Assembly: GCA_944321515.1 (NCBI GenBank)
Contig: CALULO010000002.1
Span: 39,163-103,162, forward strand
Origin: an uncultured Atopobiaceae bacterium
GTDB lineage: Bacteria > Actinomycetota > Coriobacteriia > Coriobacteriales > Atopobiaceae
Length of the DNA: 64,000 nt
Direction of reading: 5' to 3'
The notes beneath the pieces were generated by a model. That model was not told where the DNA came from, did not search any database, and saw only the letters and a list, made by a program, of their open reading frames with translations. Each line of letters starts with the position of its first letter. Position 1 is the first letter of the stretch. This document shows positions 26,332 to 35,742 of this stretch, piece after piece. The position numbers and the translations under genes are program-made.

Positions 26332-28293
26332 ATGGGCTGCACAAGAAGAGAGTTTCTCGCGCTTGCATCCATGGGGACGGTCGCCGGCCTTGCCGGCTGC
26401 ACGCCCTCGCGGCAGACGGAGCAGACACCTGCCGAGGAGCCTGCCCAGCCTACGGACCCCTCGGTCGACCTTGCGGAGTTCGAGTCTCTGGCGCTGGACA
26501 GCGGGGCCTGGCGCTATGACGAGAAGAACGACGTCTACTACCAGCTTGGCCTGACGTACTGCAAGACGCCCGCAACCACCACCTACGAGTCGCTCGCGAT
26601 CTTCGTGCCCGGTGCCTACTTCACCGCCAAGCAGAACGGCTCCACCTACTCCTGCACCATCAACGAGAAGGCCGTGGTGGGTGGCTTCACGGCCTCCACC
26701 GCGCCGATTCTCATGCCTGTGAACACCGGCACCCTCGCCGCGCAGGCCAGCCCCACCGCCTACAGCTACGACGGCCTCGCCCCCTACATGCAGGCGGGCT
26801 GCATCTACGTCTACGCAGGCTTCCGCGGTCGCTCTGCGGGCTACGACACCGCCTCCGGCACCGACGAGCTCTTCCCGGGCGGCTCGCCCTGGCCCGTCGT
26901 GGACCTCAAGGCCGCCGTCCGCTACCTTCGCTACAACGCCTCCGCGCTTCCGTGCGACACGAGCCGCGTCTTCGTCTTTGGCTTTGCCGCCGGCGGTGGC
27001 GTGAGCACGGTGCTCGGCGCCTCCGGTGACGCCTCCGCCTTCGAGCCCTACCTCGCCCAGATCGGTGCCATCACGCACGACGCCGAGGGGTCCGCGGTCT
27101 CCGACGCCATCGCGGGCAGCGCCTCGTGGTGCCCCGTCACGTCCTTCGACATGGCGGACGCCGCCTACGAGTGGAGCCAGGGCCAGTATGCCAGCGACGG
27201 CACGCGCGCCGAGGGCACGTGGACGCGCCAGCTCTCCCAGGACCTCGCGGGTGCCTACGGCGCGTGGGTCAACGAGATGGACCTGCGCGACGGCGATGAC
27301 TCCCAGCTCACCCTCGACGAGACGGAGGCCGGCGCCTACGCGATGGGCTCCTACGCCAACGCGCTTCTCGCCGGGGTGGACGAGGCCGCCACCTACTTCG
27401 TGCAGAACACTACCTTCCCATACACCTATACGCCCCAGCACCTCGAGGACCCGACCTTCCCCGGTGACCCCAACCTCGCCGCCACGCGTGAGGCGGACGC
27501 CGCCAACGCGACCGTGACGCAGGGCTCCTCGGGTGCGACTGCGGACGGCACCGGCGAGGGCGAGGTCGGCGCCGCCGCCTCGGACGCCGGCGCCGCCGAG
27601 GCCACGGACGCTGCCACCTCGTCGCTCACGGGAGTGGCCCAGGTGCAGTCCACCATCTACGACTCCGCACAGAACTACTTTGCCGCGCTCAACGCCGACA
27701 ACTGGTGGATTAACTACAACCACAGCTCGGGAAGCGTGACCGTGTCCAGCGTGCGCGACCTCGTGCTTCACGTGCGTCCCGCCGCCCTGGCCGCCTCTCC
27801 CTACGACCTCCCGGACCGCAGCTCCAAGACCAACCAGCTCTTCGGCATCGGCGAGGAGTCCACGCTGCACTTCGACGCCACGGTGGCCGGACTTGTCGCG
27901 GCCAACCAGGACGTCTACTCAGGGCTCGAGGGCTGGGAGCCCGCCTTTGAGAGCGCCTGGGAGGAGGACCTGGAGAAGGTCGACACGCTCAACACCGACA
28001 TGGCTACGCGCGTCGCCATGATGAACCCGCTCTTCTGGCTGAGCGGCCACTACGAGGGCTACGGGCAGGCCAGCGTGGCGCCGCACTGGCGCGTCAACGA
28101 GGGCCTCTTCGACACGGACACGTCTCCGTGCACCGCCGCCAACATCGTCTACGCGCTGCGCAAGTACGACGGCGTGAAGGACGTCGCCCACACGCCGGTC
28201 TGGGGACAGGGCCACGTGCTCGCCGAGCGCTCGGGCTCTGCCACGGCCAACCTGATCGAGTGGGTCACGACCTGCTGCACCACCGCGGAGTAG
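26332..28293 (+). CDS. Tat-exported lipoprotein, tannase (Lactobacillus plantarum TanB-type) homologue
   Basis: It has a twin-arginine motif TRREFLA and lipobox LAGC. It is colinear with recalled LpTan segments (APILMP, VDLKAAVRYLRYN, GASGxxxxFEPYL, MADAAYEW, HWRV...DTDTS). GFAAGG stands where tannases have GTSAGG. Confidence 0.75.
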   Translation: MGCTRREFLALASMGTVAGLAGCTPSRQTEQTPAEEPAQPTDPSVDLAEFESLALDSGAWRYDEKNDVYYQLGLTYCKTPATTTYESLAIFVPGAYFTAKQNGSTYSCTINEKAVVGGFTASTAPILMPVNTGTLAAQASPTAYSYDGLAPYMQAGCIYVYAGFRGRSAGYDTASGTDELFPGGSPWPVVDLKAAVRYLRYNASALPCDTSRVFVFGFAAGGGVSTVLGASGDASAFEPYLAQIGAITHDAEGSAVSDAIAGSASWCPVTSFDMADAAYEWSQGQYASDGTRAEGTWTRQLSQDLAGAYGAWVNEMDLRDGDDSQLTLDETEAGAYAMGSYANALLAGVDEAATYFVQNTTFPYTYTPQHLEDPTFPGDPNLAATREADAANATVTQGSSGATADGTGEGEVGAAASDAGAAEATDAATSSLTGVAQVQSTIYDSAQNYFAALNADNWWINYNHSSGSVTVSSVRDLVLHVRPAALAASPYDLPDRSSKTNQLFGIGEESTLHFDATVAGLVAANQDVYSGLEGWEPAFESAWEEDLEKVDTLNTDMATRVAMMNPLFWLSGHYEGYGQASVAPHWRVNEGLFDTDTSPCTAANIVYALRKYDGVKDVAHTPVWGQGHVLAERSGSATANLIEWVTTCCTTAE

Positions 28294-28303
28294 GGGGGTG
28301 CCC

Positions 28304-28984
28304 ATGAGAGCATGCACCAGGCGCGAGGCGCTCGCGCTGACGGTTCTTCTCGGCGTCTCGGGACTGGGCCTCTCCGGATGCGGCTCGTCGCCCGCGGGGG
28401 AGGACGTGGACGCCTCGACCGCCGACGTGGACGCTGGCTCGGACGCGGCGGAGCCCGACCTCTCGGATGACCCCTACGCCACCGGCACGCACCGCGTGGC
28501 CATCGAGGTCGAGGGCTACGGCACCATCGAGGCCACGCTCAACGCTAACGTGGCGCCCATCACGGTCTCCAACTTCTGCCACCTCGTCGAGGAGGGCTTC
28601 TACGACGGCCTCACCTTCCACCGCGTGGTGCCCGGCTTCATGATCCAGGGAGGCGACCCCAACGCCGACGGAACGGGCGGCTCGGGCACCACCATCAAGG
28701 GGGAGTTCTCCGCCAACGGCGTGGCGAACAACATCCCGCACGTTCGCGGCACCATATCCATGGCGCGCTCGCAGGACTACGACTCGGCGAGCTCGCAGTT
28801 CTTCATCATGCAGGAGACCACCCCGTCGCTGGACGGACAGTACGCCGCCTTCGGGACGGTGACCACGGGCATGGACGTCGTCGACGCCATCTGCGAGAGC
28901 GTGCTGGTGGCCGACGAGCAGAGCGGCCTGGTGGCGGCCGGCGACCAGCCGGTCATCGTGAGCATCACGATTTTGGAGGGCTAG
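28304..28984 (+). CDS. Cyclophilin-type peptidyl-prolyl cis-trans isomerase, lipoprotein
   Basis: It has lipobox LSGC and the cyclophilin core FHRVVPGFMIQGGDP...GTISMAR...SQFFI. Confidence 0.9.
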   Translation: MRACTRREALALTVLLGVSGLGLSGCGSSPAGEDVDASTADVDAGSDAAEPDLSDDPYATGTHRVAIEVEGYGTIEATLNANVAPITVSNFCHLVEEGFYDGLTFHRVVPGFMIQGGDPNADGTGGSGTTIKGEFSANGVANNIPHVRGTISMARSQDYDSASSQFFIMQETTPSLDGQYAAFGTVTTGMDVVDAICESVLVADEQSGLVAAGDQPVIVSITILEG

Positions 28985-29099
28985 CGGGCGAGAAGTGCCA
29001 CGGGCCAAGGCCCGCATTGACATAAATGCTATAAATTACTGTGCCTCATGTAAGATTTCAATACCCTATCAGCAGACGGCACAATTTCCTCCTTTTGCG

Positions 29100-29108
29100 T
29101 GTTATACT
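29100..29108 (+). promoter_or_regulatory. Candidate extended -10 promoter (TGTTATACT) for the CarD-like gene
   Basis: It lies in an AT-rich stretch, 26 nt upstream of the ATG at 29135, with the RBS GGAAGGAG between them. Confidence 0.4.
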
Positions 29109-29134
29109 GGGAAAACGTGGAAGGAGCATGGCAT

Positions 29135-29632
29135 ATGTACGCCATTGGGGACTATCTCGTTCATCCGGGTCAGGGGGTTTGTCAGGTTAAGGATGTGACG
29201 AGCGGTCCCGAAGCGGTCTACCAGCTCCTGCCCATCGGCAAGCGCCACCCCATCCACATCAGCTTCCCCGTTGCCAACGAGGGCCGCCTGCGCCCCGTGC
29301 TTTCGCGCGATGAGGCCGAGCGAATCATCGACCAGTACCCCGCCATCGAGGTCGAGAGCTTCAAGGCCCGTAACAACTCCCTCGAGGAGGAGCACTACAA
29401 GAACGAGATTCGTGAGGGCAGCTGCCTGGACTCGGTGCGCATAGTCAAGACGTTCCGCGTGCGCATCGCCGATCTTTCCGCCCAAAACAAGAAGCCGCCG
29501 GTGGCCTACGAGCGAATCCTCAAGCAGGCTCGCGAGCGCTCCTGCTCCGAGCTCTCCGTGGCGCTTGGCTGTACCCCCGAGGACGTGGCCGTCCTCTTCC
29601 GGCGCCGCATGGGCGAGGACGGGGAGAACTAG
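29135..29632 (+). CDS. CarD/CdnL/TRCF-domain transcription factor-like protein
   Basis: The N-terminal Tudor-like motif YAIGDYLVHPGQGVCQV is typical of the CarD_CdnL_TRCF family. Confidence 0.8.
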   Translation: MYAIGDYLVHPGQGVCQVKDVTSGPEAVYQLLPIGKRHPIHISFPVANEGRLRPVLSRDEAERIIDQYPAIEVESFKARNNSLEEEHYKNEIREGSCLDSVRIVKTFRVRIADLSAQNKKPPVAYERILKQARERSCSELSVALGCTPEDVAVLFRRRMGEDGEN

Positions 29633-29738
29633 TATCGCATCAACCGGGACGGGCATCTCGATGCGTTCCCGGTGAACCGGGCGTTACAGCTTGGGCGCGA
29701 TTGCATGTGCGTGGGGTGAAGGGCGCTTAGGCACCCGC

Positions 29739-29744
29739 TAGAAT
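29739..29744 (+). promoter_or_regulatory. Candidate -10 box TAGAAT upstream of the ACT-domain gene
   Basis: TAGAAT lies 40 nt upstream of the ATG at 29784. Confidence 0.35.
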
Positions 29745-29783
29745 GGGCATCCATCCGTTATGTGCCATTTCGAGGAGGAGCCC

Positions 29784-30086
29784 ATGCCCACGAACGAGCA
29801 GATAGCCGATTCCGCCCAGGGCAACCGTGCCGTCATCACCGTGCTGGGGAGTGACCGTCCTGGCATCGTGGCGGCAGTCGCGAACGCGCTCAGCGAGCGT
29901 GACGCCAACATCCTGGACATCTCTCAGACCATCCTGCAGGGCATCTTCACGATGACCATGCTCACCGACCTGGGCTCCGCGGACTTCTCCGAGCTCAAGT
30001 CCACTCTTGACGGCCTGTCCGAGAGCCTCGGCGTGCAGATCATGATGCAGCGCGAGGAGGTCTTCAAGTTCATGTATCGCCTCTAG
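29784..30086 (+). CDS. ACT-domain protein (UPF0237-like)
   Basis: The ACT fold signature is VITVLGSDRPGIVAAVANALSERDANILDISQT. The RBS is GAGGAGGAG. Confidence 0.8.
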   Translation: MPTNEQIADSAQGNRAVITVLGSDRPGIVAAVANALSERDANILDISQTILQGIFTMTMLTDLGSADFSELKSTLDGLSESLGVQIMMQREEVFKFMYRL

Positions 30087-30132
30087 CGGGGCAACGTACG
30101 GCCGGGGTGTCTCCGGTCAGAGGAGGTAGCTC

Positions 30133-31584
30133 ATGATTCGCATGCCAAAGGGGGGTGGTAGGCCGGTCCTGACACCGCAGGAGACGCCCGCCTTCCAGCA
30201 CGTTGCAGACGCCTACCCCATGCCCTCCGTGGGGTTGGGACTGCCTCCCGTCTCGGACGGGCTCTATCACGGCTATGAGGACGTGGACGTGGTCCCGGCC
30301 GAGCTCTACGCCAAGTATGACGTCAAGCGCGGCCTGAGGAACTCCGACGGCTCGGGCGTGCTCGTGGGACTCACCACCATCTCGGACGTCCACGGCTACA
30401 ACAAGACCGAGCATGGCGTGGAGCCGGACGAAGGCCGGCTGGTGTATCGCGGCTACGACGTGGACGAGCTCATCAAGGCCTCCCAGGCCGAGGACCGCTT
30501 TGGCTACGAGGAGGTCGCCTACCTGCTGATCTCCGGCAAGCTGCCCACCCGGGCGGAGCTCGACGACTTCCGTGCCCGCGTCGACGCGCGCAAGCAGCTC
30601 CCCGAGGGCTACCTCGGCATCTTCCCGCGCTCCACCTACAGCCACAACATCATGAACGTGCTGCAGCGTGCGACGCTGCTGCTCTACGCCTTCGACCCCA
30701 CCCCGGACGACACCTCGCCCACCCACGAGGTCGACGTGGCCCTCTCCCTGCTTGGCCGCTGGCCGCGCACGGCCGCCGTGGCGCACGCCGCCCATGCCGC
30801 GGCGCAGAAGGAGGAGCGGCTGCTGGTGCCGCCGGTGCGCGAGGGCTACTCCATGGCCGAGACCGTCCTTGACGTCCTGCGCTCCGACGAGGGCTTCACG
30901 CACGAGGAGGCCATGCTGCTCGACGTCATGCTCATCCTGCACGCAGAGCACGGCGGCGGCAACAACTCAACGTTCACCACGCGCGTGCTCTCCTCCTCGG
31001 GCACGGACGCCTACTCGGCCTACGCGGCGGCCATCGGGTCGCTCAAGGGGCCCAAGCACGGCGGGGCCAACTTCAAGGTGAGCGGCATGATCGACGACGT
31101 GGCCGCCCACGTGCGCCAGTGGGACAACGACGACGAGCTCGCCAGCTACCTGGAGAAGATCGTCCGCAAGGAGGCCTTCGACGGAAGCGGCCTCATCTAC
31201 GGGCTGGGGCACGCGGTCTACACGCTCTCCGACCCGCGAGCGCAGATCGTCAAGCGATACGCCCGCAAGGTGGCTGCCGAGAAGGGGCAGGGGGAGCGTC
31301 TCGCCCTGATCGAGGGCATCGAGCGCCTTGGGCCTCAGGTTATGCGTGACGTCAAGGGCGGGTCAAAGCCCATCTGCGCCAACATCGACCTCTACACCGG
31401 CTTTGTCTACTCGATGCTCGGCATCTCCTCGGACCTCTACACCGCCATCTTTGCCATGGCTCGCCTGGCCGGCTGGACCGCGCACCGGATGGAGGAGCTC
31501 TACGGCGCGGGCCGCATCATCCGTCCTGCCTACAACACCGTGATGCCCCACGCCAACGCGTACGTCCCCATTGCCGAGCGCTAG
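30133..31584 (+). CDS. gltA: Citrate synthase
   Basis: Citrate synthase signatures are present (GLGHAVYTLSDPRA, HAEHGGGNNSTF, catalytic His/Asp regions). The RBS is AGAGGAGG. Confidence 0.88.
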   Translation: MIRMPKGGGRPVLTPQETPAFQHVADAYPMPSVGLGLPPVSDGLYHGYEDVDVVPAELYAKYDVKRGLRNSDGSGVLVGLTTISDVHGYNKTEHGVEPDEGRLVYRGYDVDELIKASQAEDRFGYEEVAYLLISGKLPTRAELDDFRARVDARKQLPEGYLGIFPRSTYSHNIMNVLQRATLLLYAFDPTPDDTSPTHEVDVALSLLGRWPRTAAVAHAAHAAAQKEERLLVPPVREGYSMAETVLDVLRSDEGFTHEEAMLLDVMLILHAEHGGGNNSTFTTRVLSSSGTDAYSAYAAAIGSLKGPKHGGANFKVSGMIDDVAAHVRQWDNDDELASYLEKIVRKEAFDGSGLIYGLGHAVYTLSDPRAQIVKRYARKVAAEKGQGERLALIEGIERLGPQVMRDVKGGSKPICANIDLYTGFVYSMLGISSDLYTAIFAMARLAGWTAHRMEELYGAGRIIRPAYNTVMPHANAYVPIAER

Positions 31585-31594
31585 CGCGTTCTAG

Positions 31595-31663
31595 GGCGAG
31601 AAGGACCTGGACCTGAGAAGGGCCCCCGCGCTTCGAAGCGCAGGGGCCCTCGTTCTTCTCGCC
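31595..31663. terminator. Bidirectional terminator between citrate synthase and kup
   Basis: The inner 15 bp stem GGGCCCCCGCGCTTC / GAAGCGCAGGGGCCC has one mismatch. It is bracketed by inverted GGCGAGAAG / CTTCTCGCC arms, and pyrimidine/T-rich tracts flank both sides. Confidence 0.65.
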
Positions 31664-31683
31664 GGGTGCTCTGTGGGGCGGGC

Positions 31684-33924
31684 CTACTCCTCGGGGCTCT
31701 CCTCGGAGTCGTCCTCGTCCTCGACGCGCAGGGGACGGAACACCGCCGTGTCGCCGCCGATGATGCCCTTGACGTCCTCGACGTTGTGCTCCCACTCGTC
31801 CTTCATCGTGACGCTGAAGATGTCGTCATCGTCCTCGTCTGCGCCCGAGGCGGGAGCCTTTGCGGAGGCAAGCTGGGGCGCCACGTCCTTGAGCGGCACG
31901 CGGGTGAGCTTGTGCTGGCGCTTGGTCTTGGAGAACAGCGGCACGTACTCGTAGATGACGCTCGAGTTCTCAAGGCCGTACCAGCGCGCCGGCGAGCCGG
32001 CCACGCTGCGGATGAGGTACTTGAGCTCCATGCAGCGACGGTCGAAGCCGGAGATGTCGGTCTCTGGGGAGAGCGTCTTGCGGAGGAGGCAGAAGCGGAA
32101 GTCGCCCACGCTGCTCTGCTCGCGGTAGATCGAGTACTTGTGGTTCTGCGGGGCGATCTGGTTGTTGGCCACGAGGTCGGACACGACCTGGTAGAGGTAG
32201 GTGTTGATGCGCTGGTTCACGCGGAAGCCCAGGCGCAGCTGAACCTTGAAGATGAAGTCCGTGTCAAAGTCGTTGACGATGAACTCGTGGGTGTTGGGCA
32301 CGTCGGTCACCTGGACGTTGAGGAAGTAGTAGGCCTTGGCGCGCTTGGGGCGCTTGTCCAGGATGGAGTAGAGGATGTCGCGGTCCAGCTTGTCGAAGGA
32401 GGAGTCGTTGGTGAGGAAGACCAGGTTGTCGGCGAGCAGCGGGTAGGACTCGTCGTGGCTGAGGTCGAAGAGCTGGTCGAGGTACTCCTTGACGGGAAGG
32501 TAGACCGTCTGGGTGCGCTCCACCGCGGTGCCGCGGCGCCACACGTACATGACCACGAAGATGAGGAAGCCCATGATCACGGTGACGTAGCCGCCGTGGA
32601 AGAACTTGGTGAGGCTCGAGAAGAAGAACATGAGCTCGATGGCGCCGAAGAAGATCGCGAAGGGCACGGCGAGCGTCGTGCGGTGGTGGACCTTCGAGAG
32701 GTAGGTGAACAGGAGAATGGTCGTCATGAGCATGGTGACGGTGATCGCCAGGCCGTAGGCGGCCTCCATGTGCGCCGAGGTCTGGAAGAGCAGCACGACG
32801 CAGATGCACGCGATCCACATGACGTTGTTGACCATCGGGATATAGATCTGGCCCTTGGTCTCGGACGGGTAGTTGATGCGCATGTGGGGCATCAGGTCAA
32901 GACGGACGGCCTCGGACACGATGGAGAACGACCCGGTGATGAGCGCCTGGGAGGCGATGATCGCGGCGAAGGTCGAGAGGGCGATGGCGAAGAGGCGCAG
33001 CTGCTCGGGGAGCATCTGGTAGAACGGGTTGAGGTCGGCGATCGACGCCAACTCGGCCGAGCCGTTGCTGGCGAGGATCCAGGCGCCCTGGCCAAGGTAG
33101 TTCAGGATGAGGCAGAGCTTGACGAAGGGCCAGCTCGCATAGATGTTGGACTTGCCGACGTGGCCCATGTCGGAGTAGAGCGCCTCGGCGCCGGTGGTGC
33201 AGAGGAAGACGTTGCCCAGGACCATGAGGCCTGCGGCGTTGAGGTTGCCGTCAAAGAGGAACGTGAGGCCGCGGACGGGGTTGAGGGCGCGCAGGACCCC
33301 GAGGTTCCCGACGATGTGCGGGAGGCCGGCGACCGCGAGGAACGCGAACCACAGCGTCATGATGGGGCCGAAGGCCTTGCCGATCTTGGAGGTGCCCGCC
33401 TTCTGCAGGAAGAAGAGGACGCAGAGGATGGCGATGACGATCGCGACGACTATCTGCTGGTTGTCCCCGACGACCTGGTAGAAGAAGTCGACGGTGCGCA
33501 GGCCCTCGATGGCCGTGGTGACGGTGACGGCGGGGGTGAGGATCCCGTCGGCGAGGAGCGCCGCGCCGCCGACCATGGCGGGGATGATGAGCCAGCGCCC
33601 GCAGCGCTTGACGAGGCTGTAGAGCGCGAAGATGCCGCCCTCGTTGTGGTTGTCCGCCTTCATCGCCACGAGCACGTACTTGACGGTGGTGATGAGGGTG
33701 AGCGTCCAGATGATGAGGGAGAGGGCTCCCAGCACGACGTCCTCGGACATGGTGGCGAGGCCGCCGTTGCCCGACATGATCGCCTTGAGGGTATACATCG
33801 GGCTCGTGCCAATGTCTCCGTACACGACGCCCAACGTGACGAGAATCATGCCCGCGGAGAGGGGGATGCCGGCGCTCTTGGCCTTGTGGGGCTTGCGCGG
33901 CAGCGAGGTGGCCTGCGGTACCAT
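31684..33924 (-). CDS. kup: KUP-family potassium transporter
   Basis: It has the LGVVYGDIGTSPMYTL motif and 12 TM segments, plus a cytoplasmic C-domain with an acidic tail. It is the 3' third of a 2031 aa artefactual ORF. The ATG at 33924 follows GGAG. Confidence 0.9.
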   Translation of the reverse strand: MVPQATSLPRKPHKAKSAGIPLSAGMILVTLGVVYGDIGTSPMYTLKAIMSGNGGLATMSEDVVLGALSLIIWTLTLITTVKYVLVAMKADNHNEGGIFALYSLVKRCGRWLIIPAMVGGAALLADGILTPAVTVTTAIEGLRTVDFFYQVVGDNQQIVVAIVIAILCVLFFLQKAGTSKIGKAFGPIMTLWFAFLAVAGLPHIVGNLGVLRALNPVRGLTFLFDGNLNAAGLMVLGNVFLCTTGAEALYSDMGHVGKSNIYASWPFVKLCLILNYLGQGAWILASNGSAELASIADLNPFYQMLPEQLRLFAIALSTFAAIIASQALITGSFSIVSEAVRLDLMPHMRINYPSETKGQIYIPMVNNVMWIACICVVLLFQTSAHMEAAYGLAITVTMLMTTILLFTYLSKVHHRTTLAVPFAIFFGAIELMFFFSSLTKFFHGGYVTVIMGFLIFVVMYVWRRGTAVERTQTVYLPVKEYLDQLFDLSHDESYPLLADNLVFLTNDSSFDKLDRDILYSILDKRPKRAKAYYFLNVQVTDVPNTHEFIVNDFDTDFIFKVQLRLGFRVNQRINTYLYQVVSDLVANNQIAPQNHKYSIYREQSSVGDFRFCLLRKTLSPETDISGFDRRCMELKYLIRSVAGSPARWYGLENSSVIYEYVPLFSKTKRQHKLTRVPLKDVAPQLASAKAPASGADEDDDDIFSVTMKDEWEHNVEDVKGIIGGDTAVFRPLRVEDEDDSEESPEE

Positions 33925-34057
33925 ATCGCTCCAAACTCTATGTCTTCGGTTGCGTGCCGAGCAGCCTGGCGCGTCGTCACCGGGCGGGCAAGCCGCCCCG
34001 GCCTTGCGTGTTTCGACCGTCGGCCTGATGCCCAAATGTAACACTTTTGCCCACGAG

Positions 34058-34063
34058 TAGAAT
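34058..34063 (+). promoter_or_regulatory. Candidate -10 box TAGAAT upstream of the S10 peptidase-like gene
   Basis: TAGAAT lies 36 nt upstream of the ATG at 34099. Confidence 0.35.
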
Positions 34064-34098
34064 GGGCGGTGCGTCAGTCGAGAGAAAGGAAGGGACAG

Positions 34099-35649
34099 AT
34101 GGCAGAGGAAGAGAAGGTTTTCACGGATAACCAAAGTGCTCAGACGCAGGCCCAGGCGCCAGCCAAGCCTGCGGGGCAGCCCCAGACCAGACCATTTGCG
34201 ACCGTTCCGGCCAACCGCGCCGCGGACGTGCCCGCCCCTGCCGCGGCGCGCCTCACGTGGACGGACGGCGAGAGGGCCCTCGAGTACGAGGCCCGCGCCG
34301 CCCACCTGGACGTGCGTGACGACAACGGGGTTCTTCTCGGCAGGATGTTCTCCCTGTCCTACGTGGTAGTCGACGGCGAGGGCGTGCCTGACCCCACGCG
34401 TCCGGTGACCTTTGCGTATAACGGAGGCCCGGGATCGAGCTCGGTGCCCATCAACTTCGGCGGCATCGGCCCGCGTCGTGTGACCACCGACGGCGTGCGC
34501 CACGTGCGCGCAGACGCGCCCGTGGTGGACAACCCCCACACGCTGCTCCCTGACTCCGACGTGGTGTTTCTCGACGCCCTCGGCACCGGCTGGTCCGTCC
34601 TTGCCGACGACGCCGACCCCAAGAAGATCTTCAGCACCGACGGCGACGCCGACGCCTTCGCACGTGCCATCTGCGCGTGGCTCACGGAGAACGGCCGCTG
34701 GTCGAGCCCGCTCTACCTCTACGGCGAGTCCTACGGCACGGTGCGCAACTCCGTGCTGATGCGCCTTCTGGGAGAGCGCGGCGTGCAGCTCACCGGCGTG
34801 GTCATGCTCTCCGCCGTGTTCAACATCGCGGGGCTCATCTGCCCCGGCGAGGACGCCTACTACCTGGGTATGCTCCCGGTCTACGCGGCCACGGCCCAGT
34901 TCTTCGGCAAGGCGGGCGCGGGTGCGGACGCGGACGAGTGGTTTGACCGCGCGATGGCGTTCACCGAGGACGAGCTCGCCCCCGCCCTGCTGCGCGGCGA
35001 CCGCCTCGGCGAGGAGCGCGAGCGCGCGGTCGCCGAGGGGATGGCCAACCTCATCGGCCTTCCCGCGGAGCACATCCTGGCCCGGCACCTGCGGGTCGAC
35101 CTGCTGGACTTCCGCACGCACCTGCTGGAGCGCGAGGGCAGGGTCTGCGGCAGGCTGGACACGCGCTTTGCCGCGGACGCCCCCTCGCCCATGCAGAGCT
35201 ACGACATGTGGCTGGCAGGCGAGGACGCGGCGGACGACGCGCTGGAGGGCGCGTGGGTGCGGGCGTTCCGCCGCTTCTGCGCCGACGAGCTTGGCTACGA
35301 GGGCCCGGCCCGCTACCTCTCCAACAACTATGACAAGGTCAACGCAGGCTGGAACTGGTCCCACGAGGAGCCCGGCCTCGGCGAGGTGAGCGCGCCCAAC
35401 GTGGCGCTGGACATCGCCGTGGCGCTGCGGCGCAACCCTACCTGCAAGCTTGCGATCATCGGTGGGCGCTACGACGCGGCCACCACGTGGTGGAACGTCG
35501 TGAGGGACATGAGCTGCCAGTTCCTCTCGCCGGAGCTCAAGGAGCGCGTGAGCTGGTATCGCTACGGGTGCGGGCACATGGCCTACGTCGACGAGCCCAC
35601 GCTCGAGGCCATGGGGCACGACATGCACGAGTTCTACCAGAAGCGCTAG
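34099..35649 (+). CDS. Serine carboxypeptidase (S10)-like alpha/beta hydrolase
   Basis: It has NGGPGSSS and the nucleophile motif GESYG, with a C-terminal GHM(A)Y-type histidine region. No signal peptide is present. Confidence 0.7.
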   Translation: MAEEEKVFTDNQSAQTQAQAPAKPAGQPQTRPFATVPANRAADVPAPAAARLTWTDGERALEYEARAAHLDVRDDNGVLLGRMFSLSYVVVDGEGVPDPTRPVTFAYNGGPGSSSVPINFGGIGPRRVTTDGVRHVRADAPVVDNPHTLLPDSDVVFLDALGTGWSVLADDADPKKIFSTDGDADAFARAICAWLTENGRWSSPLYLYGESYGTVRNSVLMRLLGERGVQLTGVVMLSAVFNIAGLICPGEDAYYLGMLPVYAATAQFFGKAGAGADADEWFDRAMAFTEDELAPALLRGDRLGEERERAVAEGMANLIGLPAEHILARHLRVDLLDFRTHLLEREGRVCGRLDTRFAADAPSPMQSYDMWLAGEDAADDALEGAWVRAFRRFCADELGYEGPARYLSNNYDKVNAGWNWSHEEPGLGEVSAPNVALDIAVALRRNPTCKLAIIGGRYDAATTWWNVVRDMSCQFLSPELKERVSWYRYGCGHMAYVDEPTLEAMGHDMHEFYQKR

Positions 35650-35701
35650 CGGCGCTCCGGGGCCGCGTCTCGCGCCGTCTGGGCGTGGGGCGCGGCTCCG
35701 G

Positions 35702-35707
35702 TAGAAT
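35702..35707 (+). promoter_or_regulatory. Candidate -10 box TAGAAT upstream of rlmL
   Basis: TAGAAT lies 36 nt upstream of the ATG at 35743. The RBS GGCGAGAGG lies between them. Confidence 0.35.
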
Positions 35708-35742
35708 GACGGGACTGGATTCGACGGGCGAGAGGTGACCCG

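Noticed and set aside
33925-34098. A c-di-AMP (ydaO) riboswitch upstream of kup was considered.
   Set aside because: No ACGGGGA/CCCGA-type pseudo-symmetric motifs are visible on the minus strand. The region is short and shared with the divergent S10 peptidase promoter.
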